Part shown: one piece after another, positions 1 through 11,850 of the stretch
Position numbering within the stretch: the first letter of the stretch is position 1
Layout of the letters: every line of letters begins with the position of its first letter
Assembly (NCBI GenBank): GCA_012026655.1
Contig: JAAILG010000211.1
Span: 1 to 64,000, forward strand
Reading direction: 5' to 3'
DNA length: 64,000 nt
Source: Hydrolagus affinis
Taxonomy: Eukaryota
Made by a program: the position numbers and the translations under genes
Notes under the pieces: model-generated
The model's input: the letters and a program-made list of their open reading frames with translations, nothing else
What the model was told of the DNA's origin: nothing
Database searches by the model: none

Positions 1-280
1 GAGAGATGGCTGGGGGGGTGGGGGGAGAGAGACGGCTGGGGGGGTAGGTGGGAGGGAGAGACAGACAGCGGGGGGGGGAGGGAGAGAGACGGCTGGGGGG
101 GGTGGGGGGGGAGAGGGACGGCGCGGGGGTGGGAGAGAGACGGCAGTGGGGTGGGGGAGAGACGGGGTGGATGTGATAATATACAGATAGATAGAGATGG
201 GGGGGATGTGAGAGAGACACAGAGACACAGACAGAAAAACACAGAGATGGAGAGAGTGAGAGACACAGAGAGAGAAAGAT
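1..280. repeat. G/GA-rich low-complexity tract (degenerate GAGAGACGGC-G(n) units and (GA)n), probably internal to the adjacent DNA transposon
   Basis: Repeated gagagacggctggggggg-like units at 1-170, then gagagacacag repeats. Confidence 0.85.
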
Positions 281-446
281 ATTTACCTCCTGAGGAGATA
301 GGCCCCGAATGCGCACGCACTCTGAATGCGCGCGCCACGCGCACATGTGCAGTAGAAAACCCCCGAAAATATCGATATTTCGGTATATCTCGATATGAGC
401 CCATCGATATATCTAAATCGGAAAATTTCCATATCGACGGACCCTA
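281..446. mobile_element. One terminus of a non-autonomous hAT-like DNA transposon; the other end is outside the window
   Basis: CpG-rich segment with several CGATAT/ATATCG subterminal repeats, ending ...atatcgacggaccCTA (reverse complement TAGGGTCCGTCGATAT). TAGGG termini with CGATAT repeats are typical of hAT non-autonomous elements. Confidence 0.55.
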
Positions 447-449
447 GTA

Positions 450-650
450 TCTCCTCACTCTATCTGTATGCTCTTCTCCATCCCTGCATTCCAGCCCACA
501 CTCCTATCATTCTGACTTGATGCTTGTTCCCCATTTACTCCCCTCCATCATTATGAGTTGAGCCTTTAGCCTCCATGCAGCTCTATCCTAGAACTCTCTT
601 CCAAAAGTATTTTGCTGTATATCGTTCTCTGCCCTCCATAAACTCAAAAC
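450..650 (+). mobile_element. Old L2 LINE 3' ORF2 fragment
   Basis: gagcctttagcctccatgcagctctatcctagaactctcttcc resembles the L2 RAFS..AP.LWNSLP-coding region. Confidence 0.5.
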
Positions 651-879
651 AAAATTTGTTAATATAAAATCAGTGTACTACAGACCATTGAATAATTAAT
701 TCAGCAATTTACTCTCAACCTAAACCAACAGGTAGCATTGAATGAAAACACTACTTGCAACAGTGATTGAACACATTAAAAGTTCTGCTGTATCTAGGAT
801 TCAGTATCTAGGTCTGTATCTAGGATGCTGAACAACAATAAATGGATAAATACAATGATTTTTCTTGAATTTGGATGTT

Positions 880-1182
880 TTTCCGATCCGGCGTGCCCAC
901 GGCCCCCGACACATCCGCCTCACCATTGGCAGGCGAGCCTTCAGCCACTCTGCCCCCATCCTCTGAAATTCTAACCCGCAGTCCCTCTACCTCGACCCTC
1001 CCTAGCCTCCTTCAAGTCCCACCTCAAGACCCTCCTCTTCGACAATCACATCAGTCACGCCAAACCCCTCCCTTTCCCTCCACCCTCCCCGTCCCCAACC
1101 CTAGCTCCTTGACTGTCCAGTGCCTTGGGATGTCCTCCTGACGTGAAAGGCTCTATACAACTGTAATTTTATTGTTGTTGTT
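880..1182 (+). mobile_element. L2 LINE 3' end, family A
   Basis: RAFSH..LKTLLFD-coding remnant, then tail gtgccttgggatgtcctcctgacgtgaaaggctctata and (TTG)n. Confidence 0.85.
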
Positions 1183-1799
1183 TAAAGCTCTTGTGCTTCA
1201 TTGAGAAATTTATTTTATAGAAAATCTTAGACCGGCTATTTATTTGCAATCAATAAAAATAGCAAACATTCTGTGAACTACAAAAGAACAGTTCATTCTA
1301 ATAGTGTCAGATTGCAATGTTTTCTTCTCAACCTGGTAATTGCTGGCTCATGTCCCATTTCATACGACTGCTTCTTATTTTCAAAATGATTGGCACAGAG
1401 GCAAAACTCTGCTTGCCATGGCTTGCCAGTGTCAAGGTCACCTCAGCAGCAAATCATTAAAGAGTTTTCTCATATGCCTTGTATCTTTTTACTCCCTATT
1501 CTTTATTTAATCAATTCCAGTTATGTATCACAGTTATTCTATCACACCTTATTGCTTCTGTGTGTTCATGTTTCATCTGTGTTCCTATCCTTTGTCGTTT
1601 TCCCATGCCACACTGAGAGTACATCTTACACCTGTTCCCCAACGAAAATAAAACTCCTATACATCTCAAGAAGTACTTTCTTTTATGCTAAGATGCATTT
1701 CTGGTCAATACTGACACTTGAACGTGTGCACAGAGATCCTGACCACTGAAAATATTTAATTTGTCTCCTTTGGTTGGAAGTTAAAAGTGTCAGTATTGC

Positions 1800-1895
1800 T
1801 TGATTGGATGAATTATTTCCTTCAAAGTGAGAGGTTAAATCAAGGTCACTTCTGCCTGTTCGGGTCAGCATTAAAGATCCCATGGTGCTATTCAA
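1800..1895 (+). mobile_element. Ancient Deu-domain SINE fragment (SacSINE1/AmnSINE1-like)
   Basis: tgagaggttaaatcaaggtc...cattaaagatcccatggtgctattc matches the recalled Deu motif TGAGACGTTAAACCGAGG...TAAAAGATCCCATGGCACTATT. Confidence 0.6.
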
Positions 1896-2049
1896 AAACT
1901 GTGTCTACCCAGGCAGTGTAGAAGAGAGCGCTGAGGATGATTCCCAGTGTTGGAAAAATGAGTTGTGGGCAAATACCATTGAAAATCTCTGTCTCCAAAG
2001 GGAATCTTATAGAGGAATATGATTTTAACAGAATGAGAAAATAAACCCA

Positions 2050-2310
2050 AATGAATATTTTCAGATATGCCAGGGGTTCAGAGCAAGAGAATACAGATCA
2101 TATAAGGGCAGTTTTAGAAGTGACGTAGAAACATATTTCCGTACCAGAGGGCAATTAACAACTGGAATGGGTTATGAGGAAGGTTTGTTGAAGCAAGGAT
2201 GTTGGACTCTTAGAAACGGCTTGATGTTATGAGAAAACAGTAGGGTGGACATTCTGAAAGATGAGATCAAATAGGCTGAAGGGCATTCTTCACTTAAGCT
2301 CCTTTTGTGT
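2050..2310 (+). mobile_element. CR1 LINE 3' end (degraded)
   Basis: Remnant of the FF..R.I..WN.LP..VVEA-coding region plus a gctgaagggcattcttc tail; a homologous copy is at 50262-50455. Confidence 0.7.
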
Positions 2311-2387
2311 GATCTATTGTTTGGAAAGAGCTTTCCTGTTAATTCTTCTCAATGAATAGAAAATTCCCACACCAGATTTCCACCAAG

Positions 2388-2510
2388 TAATAATAATAAT
2401 AATCCTTGTATTTGAGATAGCGCCTTATCACAACTTCTAGGCATCTCAAACAGCTTCACAGAATATACTGTAAAGTGAATTGACTGTATATTTGTTGGTG
2501 AAACAGCACC
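2388..2510 (-). mobile_element. tRNA-derived SINE (young family), 3' part
   Basis: (AAT)n ccttgtatttgagatagcgcctt...ttcacagaatatactgtaaagtgaattgactg is the reverse complement of the 3' end of the 9173 copy. Confidence 0.85.
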
Positions 2511-2886
2511 TTTTTTTGTATCTTCATTTGATTCAGTGAAGTTCCACTAAAACGTCAAAAAAGTTTCAGCTATATACTATTTCTACTGTAATATATGAGA
2601 ACTGATGAGAACAAAGAAAAATATTCATATGAAATATTATGTTTGGAAATGGACCTATTCTCCAGGCAGAGAAAAAAATGATTTTTTTTTGTGATTTGCT
2701 TGATCTGGAGAAGAAATTAATAAATTGCACTTAAGTTAATAAATTAGCTGGAAATAAACCAAATGCAGACTGGCTTGTGACATCGCATCTGAATCACATG
2801 TACAAATTAATATTACAAGAAGAGACATTGGACAGTAAAGATGAAAGGCTGCCTAATAAAAGCCATTATATTCTTTGTGAATGAAA

Positions 2887-2980
2887 TAAACACAGAAGTT
2901 GCTGGGAACACTCAGCAGATCAGGCAGCATCTGCGGAGAGAGGAAAATTAGTTAACGTTTCAAGTTTATAACCTTCTGTC
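2887..2980 (-). mobile_element. Penelope-like element terminal relic
   Basis: gctgggaacactcagcagatcaggcagcatctgcggagagag...gttaacgtttc matches a recalled common chondrichthyan PLE-end repeat. Confidence 0.5.
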
Positions 2981-3834
2981 TTTTGTCAACCTTTCTTTAT
3001 ACATTGAGCTATGATGAAAAAACATTAATTAATTTAAATCCTTTCTTTTAAAAAATTCTGAAGACAGTGGAATATGTGTGGGAAGTATAAACTGGGAAGA
3101 ATAGAGAATATGATACCAGCTAAGAGGAACAACCTGAATATTGAAGCAGAGAAAATATGGTTTTGCTCAAGTTGTTTGAAGTGAATAACAGCTCAGACAA
3201 TCACAGAATAAAGAAGACTGATTTCTTATTCGCATTGGAATGAAAGAGAGGCAATGTTCCATTTTAATTTGCCTTGCCTTTCTTATGTTTGTTCATTTTT
3301 AATCTTTACAGTGGGGCCAACAGCATAAAAGTATAATGCGATAACAGGAATTTGAGTTTCACAGGAACTTAATTAAGCAATATAAATACTTCAGGGAGAG
3401 GTGAAAAATTCTTTTTTTTGGATTGAGATAGTTCATCATAATATGAAGCAAGAACATTTACACCCAAACGTAATCAGTTTAAAGCATTAAGATAACTTGA
3501 ATAAGTTTCCTTAAACATATTTTCTATTCAAATTGCTGATAAGGTTTAAAGAAATAATTTGAAGGCGAGTCCTGCAAAAATATTTAGCCTTGATAAGAAA
3601 TGTGTAAGCTCCTTGATGACCCTACTGGTAAAGTGAATGGGGCAAAACAATACTTATTTGCGGTTGGTAAAGCAAACACTTCAGAGACGCTGTTAGTTTC
3701 ATTCCTGCTCATTTCCTGCCCCATATTAAAAAAATCTGCATTCAAATTTTAAAATATTTAATAAACTATTCTCCTTCCATTCAACCACTGGAAGGAGAAT
3801 CTTATTTTAACCAAACTATGACATTCTCAGGCTG

Positions 3835-4009
3835 TAATAATAAATTAGTCATTTCAATCCACAACTGTTTGTGGGACGCTGCTGTGCACAATCGGCTGTC
3901 GCATTTCGCCCAGAAATATAGTCAATTCACTTTACACTATATTCTGTGAAGTGCTTTGAGGCATCTAGAAGATGTGAAACGTGCTATATCCAATGCAAGG
4001 ATTATTATT
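3835..4009 (+). mobile_element. tRNA-derived SINE (young family), 3' half
   Basis: tgtttgtgggacgctgctgtgcacaatcggctg...gtgaagtgctttgaggcatctagaagatgtgaaacgtgctatatc...ggattattatt. Confidence 0.88.
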
Positions 4010-4139
4010 ACACTCCTCCCCCAGTGAGCTGTGGTTGAATATTTGTGGAGATTTTGCACAACTCCTTTGGAGTGCAGGGAGTATGGTATCTATTGCAGAA
4101 CTTCTCTTGGGATATATAGTAATAAAATAATAATCCTCA

Positions 4140-4498
4140 AATATGATGTCCTTGCCTATAATGTCAAAACATCTCAAATTACACTTCACAGATAATTGCT
4201 CTCAACCATAGTGACTGAGTATTTGCAGCAAAAAGCGACAGGCATAGTAATGTCCCACTAATAACTATGGAGTGAATGACTAATTGATCTGGAGGCTTGT
4301 TTGCCAGGGAAAAACTCCCATTCAAAGAATACCACAACATCTTTAACTACCATCTGAATAGATGGATGAGCCCTCTGTTTAATATTTTATCTTCCAAAAC
4401 TGCAGTGCTGGAGTGTCAGACTGAACTATCAGCGCAGGTTGTGATGCATGGTTGAATCAGCCTTTTGACCCAGAGCTGAGAATGCTATCAGCTGAGCC
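4140..4498 (-). mobile_element. Near full-length, highly diverged SacSINE1-like Deu SINE
   Basis: Minus strand begins ggctcagctgatagcattctcagctctgggtcaaaagg (tRNA-like head), then ctgacactccagcactgcag, a Deu body and a degraded L2-type tail. Confidence 0.6.
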
Positions 4499-4507
4499 GT
4501 ACTGATA

Positions 4508-4910
4508 CTGTGAAACCTCGATAATCCGACATTCCGAAAGCCAGCAAAAATCAGGAAGATTTCAAAAATACAGAACAGTATTAGATATTTTTCCGATGAC
4601 CGGCAAATCTCCCGAAGTTCAGAACAGCTGCTCGTGGTTCCTGGCCTGGCCGCTCTGTCATCCGGCAATGTGGGTGGAGCTCGGCCAATGTTTGGCTTCA
4701 GTGCTGTGTTTACACCTCACGTGGTGCCGGTGCCTTGGGACGTCCTCCAGACGTAAAAGGCGCTATACAAGTGTCATTTTATTGTTGTTGTTGTTGTTGT
4801 ATGCGGTGGTGCTTCTCCAGCCATTTCTAGGTAGGTTTCTAAATACTGGCAAACTCCAAAATCCGGGATGTGTGTGGGCCCAACTGTGCTGGATTATCAC
4901 GGTTTTACTG
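4508..4910. mobile_element. Tigger/pogo-like (Tc1-mariner superfamily) non-autonomous element
   Basis: Imperfect TIRs ctgtgaaacctcgataatccgaca (4508) and tgctggattatcacggttttactg (4910); TA at the left flank. Confidence 0.7.
4729..4800 (+). mobile_element. L2 family A tail nested in the Tigger-like element
   Basis: gtgccttgggacgtcctccagacgtaaaaggcgctata...(TTG)n. Confidence 0.85.
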
Positions 4911-5321
4911 AACCCATTAGATAAAATGGATGGTGAGATGTAAATATTTGGATAGATTGATGTACGGGTGGTATATGCAAAGGGTTTGAAGGGACGAATG
5001 TTGCTGGTGCCTTCTTACGGTTTTAAGCTCTCAGGTACATTGGACAGTATCAGCTCAGTGTTTATTTACAATTTCCTGCACGTATTTGGTTTTCTTGCCG
5101 TCCATTGTTATCAGAGGAGCCACTGACATCTGCTCAGTGAAGGAAATAAGGTAGTAGACACAACCAGGAGGTCAGAAGTGACACTGTGTCTAGCTGGGAT
5201 GACTGTTCGCAAGTGACAAATTACATAGTAATAAGATGGAAGAGAACATCCTTGTTTTTGCACAGGAACAGCTTTGATGTAAATCTTTTATACTAAAATG
5301 TGTCTCTATACCATGCATACC

Positions 5322-5382
5322 CATTTTGAGACATCTTCCTGATGTAAAAGACATTGTATCAAATGCAAGTAATATTATTATT
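5322..5382 (+). mobile_element. Degraded SINE 3' tail
   Basis: tttgagacatcttcctgatgtaaaagacattgtatcaaatgcaag followed by ATT repeats. Confidence 0.6.
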
Positions 5383-7189
5383 TTTTCTACTGTATTTACA
5401 TTTCAATATGATATCCTTTCCTAAGCAAAAACATAAATCAATTGTTCATTGGGTATAACATCAATTTAAATGCAAAATCAATTGATTTGGAGATTCCCTT
5501 TTTGTATGTTAGTGCCACTTTAAAAACAGTGGTATGTTATCATTGGAGCACTTATGAATAAATTGAGATTGTAATAATTTTTAATTTCTCATCATTGCTA
5601 AATTGGCTCTAATATTTTCTTCTAATTAGGATTTAATTTTGTATGGTCCCAAGATATACTGCCCAGAACAAATGTTATTCCCACGACTTCAAGACTGATG
5701 CTAATTACTTTTTATTGCTTTTTGTGCAAAATATATTATAATCTTGCAGTGGAGTTAAATTTATCTACCCCATGTTTCTCAAGTGTTATTAAATTAAGAG
5801 TTCCAATTCAATTAAGATTCAAAGAATTTGGGGCCATAAATTAAATGTCAGTCGAAAAGAATGATCCAGATTACGACTGGAATATAAAAGTCAACTTGTT
5901 TTGCATTCTGTGCCCGTGCTAAACTCAGTTCTAACTGTATGTGTGGATATTATATACATACATATGTTTAAATAAATACACTATATTTTATTCAGATATG
6001 TGAGATTCAGTTTGCAATTCAGAAATGTAATCACTGCATGTGTTACTCTGGTGCAAAAAATAGTTTGGACTAAAAAGTTGTAATTTAGCTGTACTTATAA
6101 AAGAACACATGTTAAATGTTATACTGAATCTTAATAAGATAAGGGATGAATTAGGTAGGAATATTAGAAAGCATCAGGAAATGGAAAGTGTATTAAATGG
6201 ATTATCTTAGATTTCACAAATGAAGGCTGGATAAATTCCTCCACTAGTTCTTTTATCCCAAATCTATAACATCATTCGGCAAGAGGTTTTTTTTTTAAAA
6301 ATGTGCTTAACAAAGTCAAAAAGATCAATGCTGCAAATCTTTCTACATTTCTCTTAATCCCAAACTCAGAACGTTCTCGTCTACAGCAGTATGATAATTA
6401 CACTCTATGCACCAGCTGAATTATGATTATTTGACAATGTAATTTCGTGACTTCACTGAATTTGCCCGTATTCATTCCATTTAAGAAAGAAGAGGCTTTC
6501 ATCCCTATAACCTTGGCAGGATTTGAACTAGAACCCAGAGAAGTTAGTCTTTTAATGCAATGTTTCACCCATTTTCCATTGAAGGAAAAAAATTATCTTG
6601 TTCATAATGCATAAGACTGCATCCAGAGAATAGTGCATAAATATATTTTCATCCTATCATACACTGAAGTTGGCCAAGCTCTTGGAAGAAGGTTTAAATT
6701 TTAATCTCATGAAACGAAAGCATCTACGCACACTTTTGATAATCAGCATATAAGTGTTTGCATATTAATTGTGCTGCTAGGAATAGCTACCTATCTCTTG
6801 TTTTTCTCATTAATAAGCAAACTTTTTTTTAACAAGCGGAACGGTGAATCACCATTTAACCATGTGGTCTACATGGCCCACATAATTGTTAACAGCGTTG
6901 TGATTTAATTCAATACTTTCAAGTTGTTTGAAATAAAAACACATATACTAAATATTGGGACAGAAATTGCGCTTTAAAATTTTCCCTTCAGTTTCAATTT
7001 CTGAAAAAGAAAACCATGGGGGACTAAAACCAGAAGGCATGGGTCGAGGGACATCTGTGGAATCAAATCACAATTGTGGTTGGAATTTTACAAAGATAGA
7101 CATGGCTTACAGCCAGCATGAAAATACTGCAGTTATATTGTCCAGCACAACTGTAGCCAGTTGTAAGCATTTCAGTATTGAAAGAATTA

Positions 7190-7406
7190 CAGAAAAAGCC
7201 CGTTTATCCGGCATCCTCGGGACCTGGCCAATGCTGGTTAAAGTGCGTGCCGGATATTCGGCCGAAAACACACCCAAAAAACAAATTTAAAATAAAAACA
7301 ACATTGTGCCGGATAAATTCCAGTTAATCAAATGCGGACTTTTTTTGAGGTGCCGGTTATATGGAAGTTACGGTTGATCGGGTTACGGATAAATGGGCTT
7401 TTACTG
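7190..7406. mobile_element. 217-bp Tigger-like MITE
   Basis: TA|cagaaaaagcccgtttatccg ... cggataaatgggcttttactg|TA: about 21-bp TIRs with a TA target duplication; two more copies at 14093 and 25789. Confidence 0.9.
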
Positions 7407-8856
7407 TATTGTGAAATTTTGTTTATTGCTGCACTCTAAATAAAAAATCTTGCCAGTGAGAAGAGAAGAGTAATGTCTAGTCTTGTGTCAAACTACACAT
7501 TGAATATGACAAACACTGAGTAAATTGTTATCCTGCCCACTTCCTGAATATTTTTCACTGAAGAGAAAGCGCGCAATAGAAAACAGACAGACATTAGAGA
7601 AGCACTTAATAGGTTGTAAGACTTAAATACTTTTGAACACACACTGTAAATTATTTATCGATCAAAAGGTTCAGACACAATTAGTAGCAAGAGATAAAGA
7701 TGTACAGTAAATGCTTCTTTAACCCAACCATTGTGGTAGTGGATAGGTAAGTGGGGAGGTATTTATTTTCATTGAAAAATAAAGAGTTTCTTTAGCAATG
7801 TTGAAACAAATAATAACTAAAGTTAATTCCAGATACTCTTTCAGAGACTGATAAATTGTTAGGATTGAATACTAGGTCCACAAAATCAGTAACGGTGGAT
7901 CACATTATTTTTGTTCACCTTAGAGGCAGGCCATAGATACAATAATATTATTGTAAATGAAGCTTTGCATTTTGGCCTGGATAATACTCAGTCATAATCG
8001 GCACTATGCTTAGTTGCTCTCTGTGGCAAATGCAATTCCTTCATCATGTTTCAAACAGTGGCTGTCAATAACAAGACAGTGACTGCGGATAACAAAATAC
8101 AAAAAAGACTCTTTTCTGTGAGTTTCGGAGTCATTCGACTAAAACATGTTGCACGCCCTGGGCTGGCAATTGATCTATCCTTGCTATAAAAAAAACACAC
8201 CGCAGAGTTGAGATTTAGGGGAAAAAATTCAGAATCTGAAACGATTCGGCCTTCGGCCGGTGTTTGCTCAAGACCTTGAGAAACTTGAATCTAAAATGTC
8301 CAATCATCAATTAGAACCACACAGGTATGGAGGATATTAGAAATGAGAATTGTAAGATCACTTTATTTTCTATGAGTATTGTATACCAAAATACGGATGA
8401 TAAATCGGTTTCCTATCATTGTTTTCTTTCATTAGGAAGAGAAGCCATGACACATTACATGAGGGACAAATATTTGTAAAGTGTTTATATATTTCAATAT
8501 AGCACAGAGCAAGAACATTGCATGCATTTTCTAGACAAAGGCCATTTTAAGTAGAGGAGACAAGTACATATTTTACCCAGCAATCTTTGCTACCTGTTTA
8601 ACTTGGTGGATACCTTATTTTATAAAATAGGGTTCCTAACATTTTCTTTAAATCATATTTACACGTATTCAATATTTCTGTGTTGTTTGATATTCAAACT
8701 TGCTATAAAAGTGTTTTATTTTCTCTCCAATGCGTTCCAGTCCATAAAGCTGGACCATTCTGGGGACCATGATTTCAGTTCATGTTTTTTCTATGCAACA
8801 AATATTTTACATTGTGTCAATAGGACCTTGTAACACTTTGTTTGTTTTCCACGCAG

Positions 8857-8960
8857 CTTTATTCAACCTCATACCAGTGGGGCTTCGAGTAGTCGCTATT
8901 CAAGGTGTGAAAACGGGGCTATATATGGCAATGAACAATGAGGGATACCTTTATACATCA
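8857..8960 (+). CDS. fgf13: Intracellular fibroblast growth factor (FHF), internal coding exon of 104 nt: (x)[34 protein letters not shown]
   Basis: Acceptor tttgttttccacgcAG, donor GTAAGT; phase 1 start and phase 0 end. The peptide is the conserved FGF11-14 core, and it splices in frame to 40739. Confidence 0.93.
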
Positions 8961-9172
8961 GTAAGTACTCACACTGCATTGACACATTAGATCAGCAATA
9001 AAAAAAAATCATATCAATTTGTACAAAATAAAAAGTATTAAATGTCCTTAATGAACACAACGATTGATTATTGCAGTAGTAAAATGTGTACATTTTGTTT
9101 CTGGGCAGACTTCAAATTTTGTTACTTATTGGTTAAGATTTCTGACCAATCAAGTTCATTAGTATTGAATAT

Positions 9173-9477
9173 GAGTCCTGTAGCACAGTGGTTAGAGCAC
9201 TCGCCTTACAAATGAGAAACCTGAATTCAATTCCAGGCAGGATGAAACCTTGGGCAAGTTTCCTTACTCCACACGCTTAATAATAATCTCTCAAAACAAA
9301 CATTAATGAATTGGCCATGATTTTTTGTGTGACACTGCTGTGCGCAATTGGCTGCCATGTTATGCCCACATATATAGTCAATTCACTTTACAGTATATTT
9401 TGTGAAGCGCTTTGAGACATCTAGAAAACATGAAAAGCGCGATATCAAATTAATCAAGCAAGGATTATTATTATTAG
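9173..9477 (+). mobile_element. Full-length tRNA-derived SINE (young family, short variant)
   Basis: A box tagcacagtggttagagc, B box-like aattcaattcc, then ccttgggcaagtttcc, Deu-like gctgtgcgcaattggctgcc, an L2-type hairpin tail and (ATT)n. Confidence 0.92.
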
Positions 9478-10529
9478 TATGAGGAATTGAGTTAACTTTG
9501 ATCTATATGATCGCCTACATAATACAGTTTTACCTGTTTGTTTGCACTCTGGGTTTGCTACACTCAAATGAAATGTTTGTCAGCTCTTCTCTCATTAGAA
9601 ACATATTCAAAGAGAATACACATAACCTATTATATCTAAGCAGGTGTAAGATAACTCTTTGTGGTTCTACATATTTTAGTTCAATGTTGAAATGCAGAAT
9701 ACTGGCAAAATAATCATCTGCCTTATTTGTACAAAGCATTGGTAGCTTAGTTGGTTCATATCTTGCTAGCAACACTCTAACCCATTAGGGCTATGGCTCA
9801 CAATGTTGAGAATATGTTGACATCTACAAGTCAGAATGATTAACCAGACTGACTGGTCAACCATTAACAGTGCCGTGGGTTAAAGTGGAAATGTCTGGCT
9901 TTGCCAGATGTTTCTCTTAAGAGTCAGTTCAACCTCAGGCAGATTATGCTTATCTTTCCTCTCCCCACCCCCTCAGAATATTTTCCATTGAAATACTCAA
10001 TTTATCAACATCAAAAGATTGGTGGGCTGAGAGCATGGACCAAGTTTTGTAGTTTGCAGCCCAATCTGCTCCCTACTGAGTGACTTTGGGATTAGCCTGT
10101 AACTATCAAATTAAAAATTACTCAACAAAAAACATTTCAAACCATGCTTGCCCTCTCATCCCTACACCCCAATTTTCTTTTTCTTTTCTCCTATTTTTAC
10201 TTGGTCTTTTTTTAAAAAAAATTTTACTGTTTTTCTCACAATTCTAACTTTCTCGTAACTATTCAGCCATTTCCTGCCATGCTGGTAACTGCAGTAACAA
10301 GGCTGCCAAGATGCAGCTGATTGTTGATGTAACATAGTCCAAAGAATGTTTTAATGGACAAACACAGTGTGTATTCAGTTAAAATATGCGGTGTATTATG
10401 TGTTAGTACAAAATGCAAAACAGATGCATTTGCATGAAGGTTTGTTCTCGGCTTTTTTGAAACATTTAACTGCAGAAAAACAAGGCATTTCTATTTAATG
10501 CAGTGAGCTGCATAAGTCATATGAACTAA

Positions 10530-11125
10530 ACTGGCCCTGGATAGTCAATTGTTTCAGACCCAAGCTGGGGTCAGGGATGTGACGGGTGGAGGTGTGACGG
10601 GTGGAGGGAAAGGGGGGATTTTGAGTGATCAATGAGACCATCGAAGAGGAGGGTCTTGAGGCGGGACTTGAAGGAGGCCAGGGTGGGGGTGAGGCGGAGG
10701 GACTGCGGGATGGAGTTCCAGTGGTTGGGGGCAGAGTGGCTAAAAGCTCGCCCGCCAATCGTGGGGCAGGTGGGTTGGGGTACAAGGGTTGGGAGCCTGC
10801 TGAGTGGAGGGGGCGGGCAGGTAGGCAGGGGGTTAGGACGTCGCAGATGTAGGGTGGGGAGAGGCTGTGGAGGGCTTTGAATGTGAGGTCCAGGATCTTG
10901 AATTCGAGCAAATTCGAGCGAAGATGGGGGAGATGGGGGTCACAAAGCTTGGAACGGTAGAGGACACGAGCCACAAAGTTCTGGATTAAATGCAACCTGT
11001 GGAGGGAGGAATTGGGAAATCCGACAAGCAGGGCATTTGCATAGGCAAGCTGGGATGTAATGAAGACATGAATGAGAGTTTCATTGGCCTTGGGGGTAAG
11101 GTAATGGCAGAGACTGGCAGGAGCC
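10530..11125 (-). mobile_element. L2 LINE 3' fragment (family A-like, tail eroded)
   Basis: The minus ORF 10495-10995 contains LIQNFVARVL and FKILDLTFKALHSLSPPYICDVLTP, i.e. the L2 ORF2 C-terminus, frameshifted. Confidence 0.9.
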
Positions 11126-11721
11126 TAAACAAAAATGCATTCGTTTTTAAACTTGTACAAACTACTACATACCCATATTTGTTCCAGATGTGAATTCTAT
11201 TCTAAGTGCGGCAGAGATCCAAACTTGCAATGGTTGATAAAGATGTGAATGTTACCAGCCATGTGGACGAACAGAAAATCAGTGGTTAAATCATTCTAAG
11301 CATGACATTAATTTTCTGGTCAGCCTATATTTATCTAAGTCTTCTTGGCTTCAAGTTTGAGTTAGGACTTGTGGATAGATGAGCTAGCTAAACATTAATA
11401 ACCCTAATTTTAAATCATACCAATTTCATGAATTAAACTAAACCATCTGGGTGAGCAAACATTATGAAGGAATTGTACATCTACATTGCGGGTAATTGCA
11501 TGCCTTTCAGACAATTGCCAAATAAACATGAAGCTCCACAAACCCCAGGCCTGAACTGATTAACGTGCTGTTAATTGTCTTTTGTTATTATGGTTTTTTA
11601 GCAATAAATTAAATTTAATTCAAGTCTATCCATGTTTGTATACATACCACTTTACTGGCATATTTGTCTTTCATAAACTTTCCAAAAATATAACCAGATC
11701 ATCAACAGAACTTGAGAACAT

Positions 11722-11850
11722 TGGCTCAGTTGGTAGCACTCTTGCCTCCAAGTAAGGGACTTTGAACTCAGAGTCTATCCTGACACTCCCAAGCCAGTGC
11801 TTGGGATGAGACATTATACGAAGGTCCTGGCTGCCTCAGGTGGAAACAAA
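11722..11850 (+). mobile_element. SacSINE1-like Deu SINE 5' fragment
   Basis: ggctcagttggtagcactcttgcctc...ctgacactccc...ggatgagacattatacgaaggtcc...ctcaggtgga. Confidence 0.65.

Noticed and set aside
151-447. 98-aa ORF at the start of the window
   Set aside because: Translation of a GA-rich simple repeat and a transposon end
790-828. gtatctagg repeated three times (similar small duplications at 10577 and 39896)
   Set aside because: Ordinary slippage duplications, not a spaced array or CRISPR
9173-9245. tRNA-like sequences with A and B boxes (also 58114, 46010-46078 and 11722)
   Set aside because: They are SINE heads: they continue into SINE bodies and do not form a complete cloverleaf
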